Source: Octopus bimaculoides (lineage: Eukaryota). From it: DNA of 33,006 nucleotides. The stretch covers positions 53,251,752-53,284,757 of the forward strand of contig NC_068982.1 in the NCBI RefSeq assembly GCF_001194135.2, written 5' to 3'. The first letter of the stretch is position 1. Each line of letters starts with the position of its first letter. The position numbers and the translations under genes were made by a program. Shown piece after piece: positions 20,505-32,670 of this stretch. The notes below the pieces were generated by a model. It was not told where the DNA came from. It was given only the letters and a program-made list of their open reading frames with translations, and made no database searches.

Positions 20505-22420
20505 GTTTATCTAAGACTTCATCAACCAATGACACTCTACCATTTTTTTTGAAATGTCAGGGTGTGATCTGACGGAACATTGGCTGCTATGTCTATATGT
20601 GATATGGTGATATTGTGGCTGCTGTTGTTGGCGGTAATGAGGGTTAGAGAAATGGAACCTAAGATAATATCAGGAGTTGTTGTTTACCTCCAGGTTAGTC
20701 TTGATTCAAAAATTTTGTTTTCTCTTCCGCATCATCTCTGCTTCGTAGTGTATTCAGGAATAATGTATCTAGGATTTCATTTTCATCGCCCTCCCATAAT
20801 ATAGCGAAGGGTCATTTGAGAGAGATTTAACTGCTCTTTCTAGCAGGTTGAGTAACCACATATAGGCTTCTTCATTAACTCAGGTGATGTTTCGCCTCAA
20901 GATGTTTCGACTACTCCGGCTCCTGATTGATATCTAAGACTTCATTGTTTATCGTGTCCATTCATGTTTAGGTAGGTACAGTAATGCGATTTGCAAGAGA
21001 TTTAGCTGCTGTTTTATTTCTATCTAATCGAGCGATCGCTAAAAGCTAAAAGGTTTCATAGCTCAGACTGGTCAGATTGACTGCTGTATCCGATTGAGTT
21101 ACTTTTTAGATCTTCAGGCTACTTTTTAGTATGGCAACTCGTCACATGCAATTGAAATAACATTATTTATATATTTAATGCTATATTCTATGAAATAAAT
21201 CTGGCAAACCTGGCTGGACGGCTAAGCTAAAAACGGTGATCATATTGTTTGAAATAATATCTGTGGCTGCTGTGATGGTGAAGACGATTATGATGTTGCT
21301 ACTGTAGACTACGATGTTGGTTGAGGTGGCGACTATCATTAACCCTGGCGGTGTTGAAACAATTGCAATTTTGCCCAAATTGGAACTATGACGTTGATTT
21401 GTGTGAGACAGTAAATGATAATGGCATTAGCATTATTGTGGTTCTTTAGCTCCAAGCCAGCTCCGATTCACCTAACATACGATCAAAGATATTTCAGTCA
21501 TGACCACGCTCTCTCTTCTTGCATAGTTAGAGTTACGTCGTCCGTTGTCCAACATGTTCTTCGCATTTTTAAGGCGGTAGGGTTTGAAACAAAGGAATTG
21601 TTAGCCGCCGTCTCTTGCACGATGAGCTATTCTCATTGCATCATTGGTATTAATATTGTTGTTCTCGTTGTTCTTGTTGCTAAGCATCAGCTCAGCTCTG
21701 AACAAGGATCAAGCAGATTTATGAGCAAGAGGTATTCCAACCAAGACCCTCCCGTTTTTTTTTTAGATACCTGGGATTACATTATTCATTGAATACTTTT
21801 TCAAAGAAGGTATGTGTAATCTGAGGGATATTTGGGTGCTATTTCTAGAGGGTTGAGTGATTCTCATGACCTGGTTGGTTTGTACGGACATTTATTTCGA
21901 TCTTATTATCAATATAGTCAAAAAGATTAAAAAAACAACAAAAACTAACATTAAGATGGCCACATACAACCCTAAGAAAGAGCCTTGCATAGTTGCTTGG
22001 TCTATTAACAATAGCAGCCAGATCTTTCTCAAATTACACTTCCATCGCTTGTGAATATATTACATAAATAAAATCCTAAAGGCCCTTAAAAATACGAAAC
22101 AGTCAAAGCTTGAATGTTTTGACTCAGTTCAATTCACACTCTCATTGCTTCAAAAACATAGAATGACACGTTCTATACATATATTCCTCATATATATCCC
22201 TAAAAAGATGGGATAGTCACGGTTGGAATACATTTTCTCATTTCTGAAATCGCATGTTCGTCGCCTTAGAAAAAAATAACGGGTGGAGGGCACACTACAT
22301 AAAAAGTATAGTCCTAAATACTTCTAAATATCAGGGTGGTCTCGACTGGATTGGATTGCAATTGCTTATAGGTGTGCTCGGCTGGAGTTGCCCTGGAGCT
22401 AAACCTCAAAGCAATAACTT

Positions 22421-22495
22421 CGACGAAGATGACGACGACGACGACGACAACAACAACAGCAGTAGCAGCAGCAACAACAACAACAATAACCACAA
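22421..22495 (+). repeat. (GAC)n/(CAA)n/(CAG)n compound trinucleotide repeat
   Basis: Direct reading. Confidence 0.9.
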
Positions 22496-23000
22496 CATTG
22501 GCATAATAAAATACGCTAGGTGTTTTAATAAGCTATGTTATTCATAATGCTTTTGACAAGTCGAATACAGGTTCATTGGCGAATTTACTAAACTCTCTTG
22601 CCGGAGGTGGGATGCAGAAGAAAAGGATAACTGCTTTCATTTTCGCAAAGCTTTTACTTTTGTTGATGGGCTGGGTTTGAATTCCTTATGTCTGTCGGTT
22701 CATTTTATTTTCCTAATCTCCTGTATCAGGTTATATTTTCTGCCAAATTTTCCTTCTTTATCTTATTAATATTTTTCTTCTGCTTTTTTTTTTCATTAAT
22801 ATTCATCTTTTTTAATAATCTCTATGAAGGACGGGTGTACAGCAAGCGATGGAGTGGAATGTGATGTTAGGAATGAGATATGTATATTTTCTCATAACTT
22901 ATATTAATGCTGCACTCAGAAGCAAGGATATGTGAATGTACTGTTTGACATCGTTACCATTATAAGTGTATGTGTGTGTGTGTATCTGTGTGTCTGCGTG

Positions 23001-23227
23001 TATCTTTTATCATTGGTTTCAGCCAATGGAGTGTGGCCATATTGAGACATCTTGAAGGTTTTATCGAGCAAATCGATCCCAGTACATTTTCCTTCTTTAT
23101 TTTTTAGTCTCTCACTTATTCTATTGGTCTCGTTAGCCGAAACGTTAAGGTAGGGGACGTAAACAAACCAACACCTGTTGTCAAGAAACGGTGGGGGACA
23201 AACACAACAAATAGGCACGGATATATA
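23001..23227 (-). mobile_element. SINE-A 3' half running into a gap
   Basis: ttcagccaatgg...aaatcgatcccagtac...acacctgttgtcaagaaacggtgggggacaaacac. Confidence 0.8.
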
Positions 23228-23692
23228 NNNNNNNNNNNNNNNNNNNNNNNNNNNNNNNNNNNNNNNNNNNNNNNNNNNNNNNNNNNNNNNNNNNNNNNNN
23301 NNNNNNNNNNNNNNNNNNNNNNNNNNNNNNNNNNNNNNNNNNNNNNNNNNNNNNNNNNNNNNNNNNNNNNNNNNNNNNNNNNNNNNNNNNNNNNNNNNNN
23401 NNNNNNNNNNNNNNNNNNNNNNNNNNNNNNNNNNNNNNNNNNNNNNNNNNNNNNNNNNNNNNNNNNNNNNNNNNNNNNNNNNNNNNNNNNNNNNNNNNNN
23501 NNNNNNNNNNNNNNNNNNNNNNNNNNNNNNNNNNNNNNNNNNNNNNNNNNNNNNNNNNNNNNNNNNNNNNNNNNNNNNNNNNNNNNNNNNNNNNNNNNNN
23601 NNNNNNNNNNNNNNNNNNNNNNNNNNNNNNNNNNNNNNNNNNNNNNNNNNNNNNNNNNNNNNNNNNNNNNNNNNNNNNNNNNNNNNNNNNNN

Positions 23693-23731
23693 GGATTTGG
23701 TAGACGAAATCTAAAAAGAAACCCGTCGTGA

Positions 23732-23775
<44 letters not shown>

Positions 23776-24005
23776 ATTTATTTATGTATATGTGTATATC
23801 TGTGTACCTGTCCCCCACTACCACTTGACAACAGGTGTTGGTGTGTTTATATCCCCGCAACTTAGCAGTTCGACTTTAGAGTTCAATAAAATAAGTACCA
23901 AGCTTAAAAAGACGTACTGGAGTCGATTTATTCGACTAAAATTCATCTTGGCGGTGCTCCAGCGTGGCCGCAATCTAATATATGAAACAATAAAAGAAAA
24001 GTAAA
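23693..24005 (+). mobile_element. SINE-A emerging from a gap, with internal (TA)n
   Basis: ggatttggtagacgaaatc core; gcggtgctccagcgtggccgcaatc 3' motif. Confidence 0.85.
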
Positions 24006-24534
24006 AGAATATATATACATATGTGCACATATGTATACAATGTATATATATATATATATATAATGCATACATATATATGTAGGTATGTACAGATATGTAT
24101 GGATATATGCTATATTTATATATTATTTATATTATATATATATACTGGGTGAGGTATGACTGTTTATAAATATATGCATCCTTATTTTTCCTACCACTAT
24201 ATACATGAACTACTATTAAACTTCAAAAGCTCAAAGACAATATAATGTATGGGTATATTTATTTTCTTATATATTATTGTTTTATATATTATTTTCTTCA
24301 TTTTGTACTTCTTTGTAAAAAACATTTTCATTCTCCTTCTTCTTGATAATTTGCTTTTGCAATGAAAACCGGTTAGAAATCTTTATTAAAATAAGCTTCC
24401 AGTTTAGAAATCTTTATTAAAATATGCTTGCAGTTTAGAATTCTGCCTTTTTTTTCATTTTCCTATATATATATGTATGTATATAAATATATATATATAT
24501 ATATATAAATATGTATGTTGTTTTCATAAGTCAT

Positions 24535-24600
24535 GTGAGTGGGTTTCGTAGACGGAAACTGAAAGAAGCCTGTCGTATGATACATATGATATGTGTATGT
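24535..24600 (+). mobile_element. SINE-A core fragment
   Basis: tgtgagtgggtttcgtagacggaaactgaaagaagcctgtcgt. Confidence 0.7.
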
Positions 24601-25079
24601 TTGTGCATTGTTATTATTGAACCACAAAAGAAAATATCAATTTCTATTGATGGTATCTAATTATTTTGCGGCACATGTATATCAATATATTTATACCAAA
24701 ATAGTACTAATTTGTTAGTTTGCTTTTCGACAACCGTTATCCATCCTCTTTGTTAGATGGTCTTATTACTTCGCCGAGTTGATTTAGAGAGTTAATAATG
24801 AAACTTGAGTGGGCATAATCACTATTTTAATAGCTTTTTTGCTTAATGTTGTAGTCTTTCGTTTGTTTTTCTTTTTTTTTTTCATTTATTCTTTATAATC
24901 AACAGGATACGAGTTTTGAATTGTTTGCCGGTCATCTGGTGCAAATTTAGTTGAGCGCTCTCGCTTCGGTAGTCATATTTTTCTTTGAAAATCCGATCCT
25001 GACTAGAAACAAATCTAGACAAGAAACAAAACAAACATAAGAAAACAAAAGCATCAGTACCGCTAAAATAAGTGGTTTC

Positions 25080-25225
25080 TTTTAACTTTTCTTTTACTTT
25101 TCAGTCATTGAATAGCGGCCATGCTGGGGCACTACCTCTGTACTTATGTTTTTTTCCAAGTGTGGGGCATATTTCTATCGAACCGCATAGTTATAAGGCC
25201 GAAAACAAACCAAAACTGATGGAAT
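25080..25225 (-). mobile_element. SINE-A 3' fragment
   Basis: tttcagtcattgaatagcggccatgctggggcac. Confidence 0.6.
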
Positions 25226-25249
25226 ATTCTTCATAATTTTATTAAACGG

Positions 25250-26259
25250 CCAAGGATAGCTAGTCTCTGCAAAGGATTAAAATTGCAACGTCATATGGAG
25301 CATACATAGTCGGGCCATTTCAGTGCCATTGCTTCTGTAATAGAAAATCACTCCAAAATTGTTGGTTTGCTAACCGAGTACACAGATTCATCAGATTCAA
25401 AAACCCGTATCGAAGCAACTGGAATTTTACATCAAGTTCGTTCCAAAAGGTTTGTTTTTCTAGCCCCTGTTCTTAGCAAATTTCTGCATATAACTAGGCC
25501 TGTAGACAAACAGTTTCAGAGTCACAATTGCAATACAAACCATGGCCTTGGAGTTCTTAAGATTGCCAAGAGTGAAATAACCAAACTGAGACTCTTTAAT
25601 ATTTGATGAGATTCTGAAACAAATGAGTCAATTTAATGTAATTGAGGAACGCATGCGTCGAAGCGGGATCCATCATCTTTCAGATTATGTTATTGAGGCC
25701 CTGGTACCATCACAAGATGACTGGATAATCTTTCACTGCAAAATTTATTTCGCGATCATCGATGAAAGCTTAGGAGAGCTAGAAAATAGATTTTCAGAGC
25801 AAAACGACAGCATATATTCTTCCTTGGCAAGTCTGCTACCAACGTCCGAGACATTTTTGGATTTTGATGCTTTAAAAACTTTGAGCAATTTAGTTAATAG
25901 CGACAAATCGGCCTTGCTGTCTGAACTTACTGTGGCTAAAGCTAACATTTCCAAACAAAATATGATGACACTGCTGGATATTTCTGGATCTTTACGTATT
26001 GTACAGGATGCCTTTCCAAATGTTTATCGATTGTATGGTGTAGCGTTAACATTTGGATCTAGCACAACCATATGTGAGTTATCGTTTTCGCCGCTAACTC
26101 GAATTATGACACCCTTTTGACGAACGATGAAATATGAAGCACCAGCGAAAATCAAACCTCGTGATACTTGCTTCCCTTAGTAAATACAAATCAAGTATAG
26201 ACAAGGACGATTTTCTTAAATCTTTTGCATTGCGTTGCCGTGGATTCCATCTGTATTAA
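25250..26259 (+). pseudogene. C-terminal half of a second hAT transposase (ZMYM1-like/Tip100-type), frameshifted
   Basis: Joined frames: SAIASVIENHSKIVGLL...IEATGILHQVRSKRFVFL...(frameshift) IYFAIIDESLGELENRFSE...AFPNVYRLYGVALTFGSSTTICELSFSPLTRIMTPF*RTM...(frameshift) SNLVIL...IDKDDFLKSFA. This matches the hAT dimerisation-domain pattern (FPN....ALT..S...CERSFS.L.RI.T..R.TM). Confidence 0.85.
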
Positions 26260-26684
26260 ATAAAAGTAACCTGATTTTATTATTTCGTGTTGTGAATTTT
26301 CTTGAAAGACGTAATCGAAATGGCGTACATGGCGGAGACTCTTTCTAAATATTTTTTTTTTTTACAGAAGATTCCANNNNNNNNNNNNNNNNNNNNNNNN
26401 NNNNNNNNNNNNNNNNNNNNNNNNNNNNNNNNNNNNNNNNNNNNNNNNNNNNNNNNNNNNNNNNNNNNNNNNNNNNNNNNNNNNNNNNNNNNNNNNNNNN
26501 NNNNNNNNNNNNNAAAAAAAAAAAAAAAAAAAAAATCGCTACTTCAAAATTGAATTTCATCATCAACAGAGTAGTTAACATCATCACTTTTATCATCATT
26601 ATCATCATCATTAACTCTGCAGTGGTTATTTTTGTGTTGTTATATCCAGGAACATTTTCACAAAAAATATATAAATCATCATCA

Positions 26685-26870
26685 TCATCAATCATCTAAC
26701 ATCCATGTTCCTAGCTAGCATGGGCTGGACAGTTTGACAGGATACGATGTGTCCAAAGACTGCACTGTGCTCCAATGTCTATTTTGGTTTTCTGTTTATA
26801 GTTAGATGCCCTTCCTAACATCTACCACTTTACAGCATGGACTGGATGCTTTTTTTCATACTTCCTGATT
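26685..26870 (-). mobile_element. retroelement 3' end with RTE-type tail and (GAT)n
   Basis: Reverse complement ends cccatgctagctaggaacatggatgttagatgattgatgatgatg, resembling 30800-30845. Confidence 0.55.
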
Positions 26871-27019
26871 ATTGGATTGCCATGTACCTCGCAGAACTAC
26901 AAATCCTGTGGGGTGGAATCAGGTTCATGCCAGTGGACAAGGGAATGATCTATGGGAAAGAGGTGCGGTAGTGCATGTTTTTGTAGAGGATCTGTGTGGT
27001 TACTAATATTTAGTAGGGG

Positions 27020-27154
27020 GGGAAAGGGTAAAGACCCCTTTTGGTCATGAATGACCATGAGATTGCACCAAGAAAATTCCCCTCCAACGTACAAGTCCGG
27101 GCAAGGTACAAGTCACCCATGCATACCAGCCTACCCTCTCCATACCACCAATGT

Positions 27155-27155
<1 letters not shown>
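27020..27155. repeat. fragment of an interspersed repeat, probably SINE-derived
   Basis: ggtcatgaatgaccatgagattgcacc...acaagtccgggcaagg...cccatgcataccagcc resembles a high-copy octopod repeat from memory; no second copy in the window. Confidence 0.35.
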
Positions 27156-27219
<64 letters not shown>

Positions 27220-27232
27220 TTATTATTATTGT
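27156..27232 (+). repeat. (TAC)n/(TAT)n microsatellite
   Basis: Direct reading. Confidence 0.97.
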
Positions 27233-27914
27233 TATTAGATAATATATGAAAATCTTACTAAATGATTTGAATGCCACTTATTTTCGTTTGTCCACTTACT
27301 CGTATATGTATGTTTGTTTGTGTGTATGTACGTGTATTTGTGTGCATTCATGAGTGTTTGTGTGTTTGTGTGTATGTGTGTGTGTGTGTGGGGGGGGGGG
27401 TTACGATCGGTTTCTTTCATTTTCAAATATTTTAACATGCAAAAAACTTCTATTCCAGGTACAAAATCTACAGAACTAGTCAGGGAACATTTCATGATCG
27501 AGAATCAATATAGATCCTTCTGCGTGATGTTTTGATTTGCAACAGTCACCAAATCGCCTGAAAAATCACATACACCGGTTTAAAAATAATATCATTCTTG
27601 ATATGCTTGCTATAATTGGAAAAAACGCCCCCAAAAACAGTATGATCAAAACTCGAACACATTTTATCATTGTTATGATATAAACTAAACAACCTCAATA
27701 CTGACGTCGACAACCACAACAACAACAAGTGCCATAATATTATTGTATACGTCAATCAGCTGTAAAAACGTTATCAAGTTCAGTATCGACACGCTGATAA
27801 TCAAAATCTTTCAGCAGAGATGTATAGTTTCTAGGGTGTATATGTATATACACCCTAGAATAAATAATATACATACAAACATATATACATACATATATAC
27901 ATACGTATACATTT

Positions 27915-28312
27915 ATACTCTTTTACTCTTTTCTCTTTTACTTGTTTCAGTCATTTGACTGTGGCCATGCTGGAGCACCGCCTTTAGTCGTGCAAATCGA
28001 CCCCAGGACTTATTCTTTGTAAGCCTAGTACTTATTCTATCGGTCTCTTTTGCCGAACTGCTAAGTTACGGGAACGTAAACACACCAGCATCGGTTGTCA
28101 AGCGATGTTGGGGGACAAACACAGACACACACTCACATAAATACATATACATATATACGACGGGCTTCTTTCAGTTTCCGTCTACCAAATCCACTCACAA
28201 GGCTTTGGTCAGCCCGAGGCTATAGTAGAAGGCACTTGCCCAAGGTGCCACGCAGTGGGACTGAACCTGGAACCATGTGGTTGGGAAGCAAGCTACTTAC
28301 CACACAGCCGCC
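27915..28312 (-). mobile_element. SINE-A, young full-length copy
   Basis: About 90% identical to 784-1146 by eye; includes the tail. Confidence 0.92.
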
Positions 28313-29719
28313 ACTCGTACGGGGGTAAATAGATGAATGGATGTTTATTTGCGCATGTATAAGCTTAAAGTGTGTGCCTCTATGTTCTAGAATTGTTTTT
28401 TTTTATTTCATTAACACTATCCTTTTTATTTATTTATTTATTCTGTATGCTGTGAGAAAATTTTCTTTCTAATTTTCGTATGTAGTGAATGCTTCATTGA
28501 TGGAATCAGAGTAAAAGTTGTCTCGCGTTGTTAATGAAAACGGAAATTTAAATAAACAAGCAGAAAGGCTATCTTCCAGGCGGTTTTGTAATTGTCAAAG
28601 GATTTTGATTCCCTAATGTTTCTCATGTTACGTCTAATTTTCCTTTGCATCCTTGACTGCGTCTAACAGCATGCAGTCGCTCAGTTAGTAAATTTAGAAT
28701 AATACCAAGCTCTCAAAGAGAACTTGATAATTTATGAAAAAAACCAGGTATGCTGTTGATTTGAATTAGCCACGTAATAGTTATCAGCTTATTATCTTCA
28801 GCAGCATCCAACAAATATGAAAGAAATCAACATAATTTGGCTGAGGTAGGGATAAACTTATGATCTGGAGAAATGTTTCTACTGATGTATTTGTAGATAG
28901 TAGCATTGCAAATATTTCGCCTACCTTTATATTCTACAACAACTATGAACAGTGACGCTAAAAAAAACGCTATTTCGCAGTGTAAGACGACTATTTCACA
29001 GTGAATAAAAATTAGTTTTGTGATTGAATCGTGAAGTTGAAATTTTCAATAAGAAAAGATTTTTCAGAAGCACATTTTGATAAAAACAAGTATAAAAACT
29101 GGAATTTATAAGAATTTTCTACACGCTATGGATTTTAATAATAGCTTTCTTTTAGTAAAAGTTACAGACACCAAAATATTTTATCAGCGGCTTTCTTTCA
29201 GCGGCTATATACGTACATGCATTGTTTTCAAACTGGAAGCAATAACTTGCAGTGCAATACCCATTACTCTGGAAACAGTCTTTTTAGATCTGATGTTTCT
29301 TTTTTGTTGCTGATTCTGTTGATGTTCGCCACACTCTATCCTCTTCTGCCCTTGCAGCTCCTGAAGTCAATTAGACTTCAAATATCATTCTACCGTACAT
29401 TATCACCAACAGTTTTCATGATCTATCCTTCTGCTTTCTTGACTGAATATAGGACAAGATTGATTCTGTGATCCCTTAAAGTAATTAAGACTCTTATAAG
29501 CATAAACCCCTCTTGATCACATATAATTTTAGTCGTCTCAGTACTCATCACATGCCTGTCCTATGTCATAAAAAGGACATCAATATCACTATTAGCCTTA
29601 CTAACTCTGATCATTGTATTCCACTCACTTACACATTGTACCATGAACCTTATGAGCAAATGTACCAGCATGGCTGAATCTTTGGATTACTAGGTAGTCG
29701 TCCACCGGACATCTGCAAA

Positions 29720-29862
29720 GTTTGTCAAACCAAATCTATTTACAAGTCTTATTCGACTTGAGGCTATAATAAACTTTGTTACCCAAGATACCACAATGTG
29801 GAACTAAAACCAAGACCTATCGGTTGTGTAAATCACTTCTCAGACACTCAGCCATGCCTTCA
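29720..29862 (-). mobile_element. SINE-A head, highly degraded
   Basis: accaaatctatttacaag...gaggctataa...cccaagataccac...actcagccatgcc. Confidence 0.5.
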
Positions 29863-30006
29863 TCCATGAAAATCAATAAGGAGTACGTTACGTACAAAAT
29901 GTATACGAGTATACGAACATTAATTGATTTGATATATATATAAAATATAAATTCAGAAGTATTTTCATTATATACACATTCTATTTAGATAGGTGCAAAA
30001 CTTCAT

Positions 30007-30034
30007 ATCTATCTATCTATCTATCTATCTATCA

Positions 30035-30073
<39 letters not shown>

Positions 30074-30080
30074 CACACAT

Positions 30081-30125
<45 letters not shown>

Positions 30126-30143
30126 CATACATACATATATATT

Positions 30144-30201
<58 letters not shown>

Positions 30202-30240
30202 ATGTATATGTGTGTGTATATATATATTTATATATGTATA
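30007..30240 (+). repeat. compound (TATC)n/(TA)n/(CA)n/(TACA)n microsatellite
   Basis: Direct reading. Confidence 0.95.
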
Positions 30241-30519
30241 CGTATATGTTTGTTCCCATAAACAGGTATAGCAAGAGAAGAAAATATGTTGCTATGAGGT
30301 GCTTAAAGATACATTTTGGGTACAAATTCACTGAACTCAGTAAGATGATCGAGGTGATGCGTTTAGTATAAATATCGATTCCGTTTTATTCGATTAGTAC
30401 GTATTTTTCTACACTTGTAATCAAGGAAGTGGAGTTGTGAGAACATCTATCCTTGTTTAAGTTGTAGCAATAGAAGAATATTTAGGTCACCTTCAATATT
30501 TCGGTCCCCTGAGTTCACA

Positions 30520-30895
30520 TAAAGAAATAAAGCAAACCTAATGCATTGGATGTGTAATGTTAGCGTACATGAACGACGTGGTACAAGTGTTTTAAGACAA
30601 AAACTGAATATAAGAAAAGTTAGATGTAGCGTGCAAGGGAGATTACAATGGTTTGGAAATGAAACTATGGATATGGAAGATCGAGCAAGACAGAGGAGGA
30701 ATTGAAAACTGATCTCAGGACACCGAACAGCACAAAGGAGATTAGAAAAGAACACAAAAGATTAGCATGAGCATCTCGCTATATTGGAAAGGATGCATCA
30801 AACTCATACAAGCATGGAAATACGGACGTATATATGATGATGATAAAAACGGCGACCATGATGACGACGACGACGATGATGATGACGAAATAGGG
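30520..30895 (+). mobile_element. RTE-clade LINE 3' fragment with (GAT)n/(GAC)n tail
   Basis: From 30523: RNKANLMHWMCNVSVHERRGTSVLRQKLNIRKVRCSVQGRLQWFG, matching the RTE C-terminal pattern (LRWMCGV...RL.WFGHV); 3' end caagcatggaaatacggacgtatatatgatgatgat. Confidence 0.8.
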
Positions 30896-31687
30896 ATAAT
30901 ATGATTTAAAGTCTTTATACTGAAACATGGAAGGAAACATGTACGATAAAACATGATTTACGGTATGTGTGCATTTTACAAAGAAATAATAGCAAATGCA
31001 GTGAAGCGAATGATTTTTAGTGAAAGCAATGGTTTCTATTATCAAGGCACAAAAGGTGTATATATGAGGAAGAGAATAAATGAAAAGTGTTATATTCGAA
31101 CCTTTGTGGAAGATAAATAAAGTAGAATAATTTTGCTTCAACTAACTGGACGAATACATTTTTTTTCTTTTGCATTGTGATAACTTGCTGTTAACATCAC
31201 ATTGATTCAAAGTTGAAATTTCGGAGTTGAATAAAGTCATAATCGATTCAGTTGTACCTAATGGCATGTACTTTATTGCTCCTAGGGGAAAGAAAAGCGA
31301 GAAGACTCCAGATTGGAACTGCTTAGCTGTAATTATAAACAATACTCAAACAGCTATAAAGTACTTTCAAAAAGGACAATATTGGGTACTATTAAGTTTT
31401 CAATATAATATGTAATAAAGAAAAGTGTGTACCACAGACCGAAAAATAATTGAAGGACAGTATCAAGTTGGCTGCGGGCATGTCGTCGTGTTTCTTGGCA
31501 ATATAATTAATACTACAAACCTATGTTCACCAAGATGGCAATAAATACAGTAAATATCTTTTGTGTATAGTTCAACAGAAGAGATCACCCAACAACTGAC
31601 ACTGTCTACAGACAACAGATAATGCAACATATGCTATGATAATTAGCACAATGTGAAAGAAGTCTCAGATTCTTAATTCACACATAC

Positions 31688-31734
<47 letters not shown>

Positions 31735-32298
31735 GAGAGACAGAGAGAGAGGGGACACACACACACACGCACACACATCAAAATGATAATTAACTTCAGT
31801 AGGTTTAATGTATAAAATGAATATGAATGTTTGCTATCAGAGCTAGTTTAAGTAGCTGAAATAATCAGTCAACAAGCCAGCTAAGACCTGTTCTAGAACT
31901 TGAGCGACGATTTAGTGAAGTCATGGGTAAATTGTTGCTTTTGGGACTTTATAAACGACACGCCTAACGAAAAATTATTTTCGATTAATATTATTAATGT
32001 TTTTTTTTTTTGTAGTGCGGCCCACCTGACAATGAACCATGTCTCATGCAGCTTGCTTCTCGTAAAAGGTTTCCCATACCTAGTTTAATGTATAATATGC
32101 GTAACTACAATTCATTTTGTTTATGGCAAAGCTTATGTCATCACGTAGAACAATGGAAAATAACGAGCTCTCTCATACACACTCTCACACGCGCGCGCGC
32201 ACACACAGAGATACAGACACAGACACTGAAATACACACACACACACACACACACGCACACACACACACACACACGCAGAGTTACCATTACTCTCTCAG

Positions 32299-32670
32299 GT
32301 CCGTTCTGACACGGAACGGAAGTACCTGTCAGGATCCCATCCAAATTCTAAGTAGATTTCCCAAGGGTAGAGAAACTCCCATTATTTTTGGCAAAGCCGT
32401 GGTGAAGGCAGTTCTAGTAGAAAAATACTCTCATATAAAACTCGCAGCCAAAATTTTACCAGTCATCTTGCAATGCTTGTCAATGGAACCTACAATTGCG
32501 ACCGAGAGAGTGGTAAAACTGTTATACAAGCTTTTGTCACTTAAATCCAATGACGTCCAGTTGTCTCACTATCATTTCATGTCTTGTTCTGCTTTGTATT
32601 TTGTAAAGTTCTGTGGAATTGGATGCATATCGATGTGTAAAGTCATATCCGCGTACATGCAAGGATGAAA
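32299..32670 (+). CDS. candidate exon or open frame, product unknown
   Basis: CTCTCTCAG acceptor (ends 32298) and AA|GTAAGT donor (32671). Frame from 32300 is open for 122 codons to TGA at 32666-32668. An alternative 62-nt exon 32609-32670 reads SVELDAYRCVKSYPRTCKDE. No homology recognised. Confidence 0.3.

Larger units (their letters stand above)
4298..26513. other. seven assembly gaps: 4298-4608, 7549-7766, 8480-8489, 8937-8984, 10110-10201, 23228-23692, 26377-26513
   Basis: N runs, mostly adjacent to microsatellites or poly-A. Confidence 1.

Noticed and set aside
4262-26695. ORFs containing long X runs (4262-4698, 7516-7854, 23178-23771, 26302-26695)
   Set aside because: They are open only because they cross N gaps.
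28802-28845. 44-nt candidate exon with NAGNAG acceptor and GAG|GTAGGG donor; nearby CAG|GTATGC donor at about 28748
   Set aside because: No recognisable peptide; the upstream candidate has stops in all frames.
29300-29690. Possible very old RTE fragment on the minus strand (RHVMSTE-like remnant)
   Set aside because: Similarity too faint to support without an alignment.
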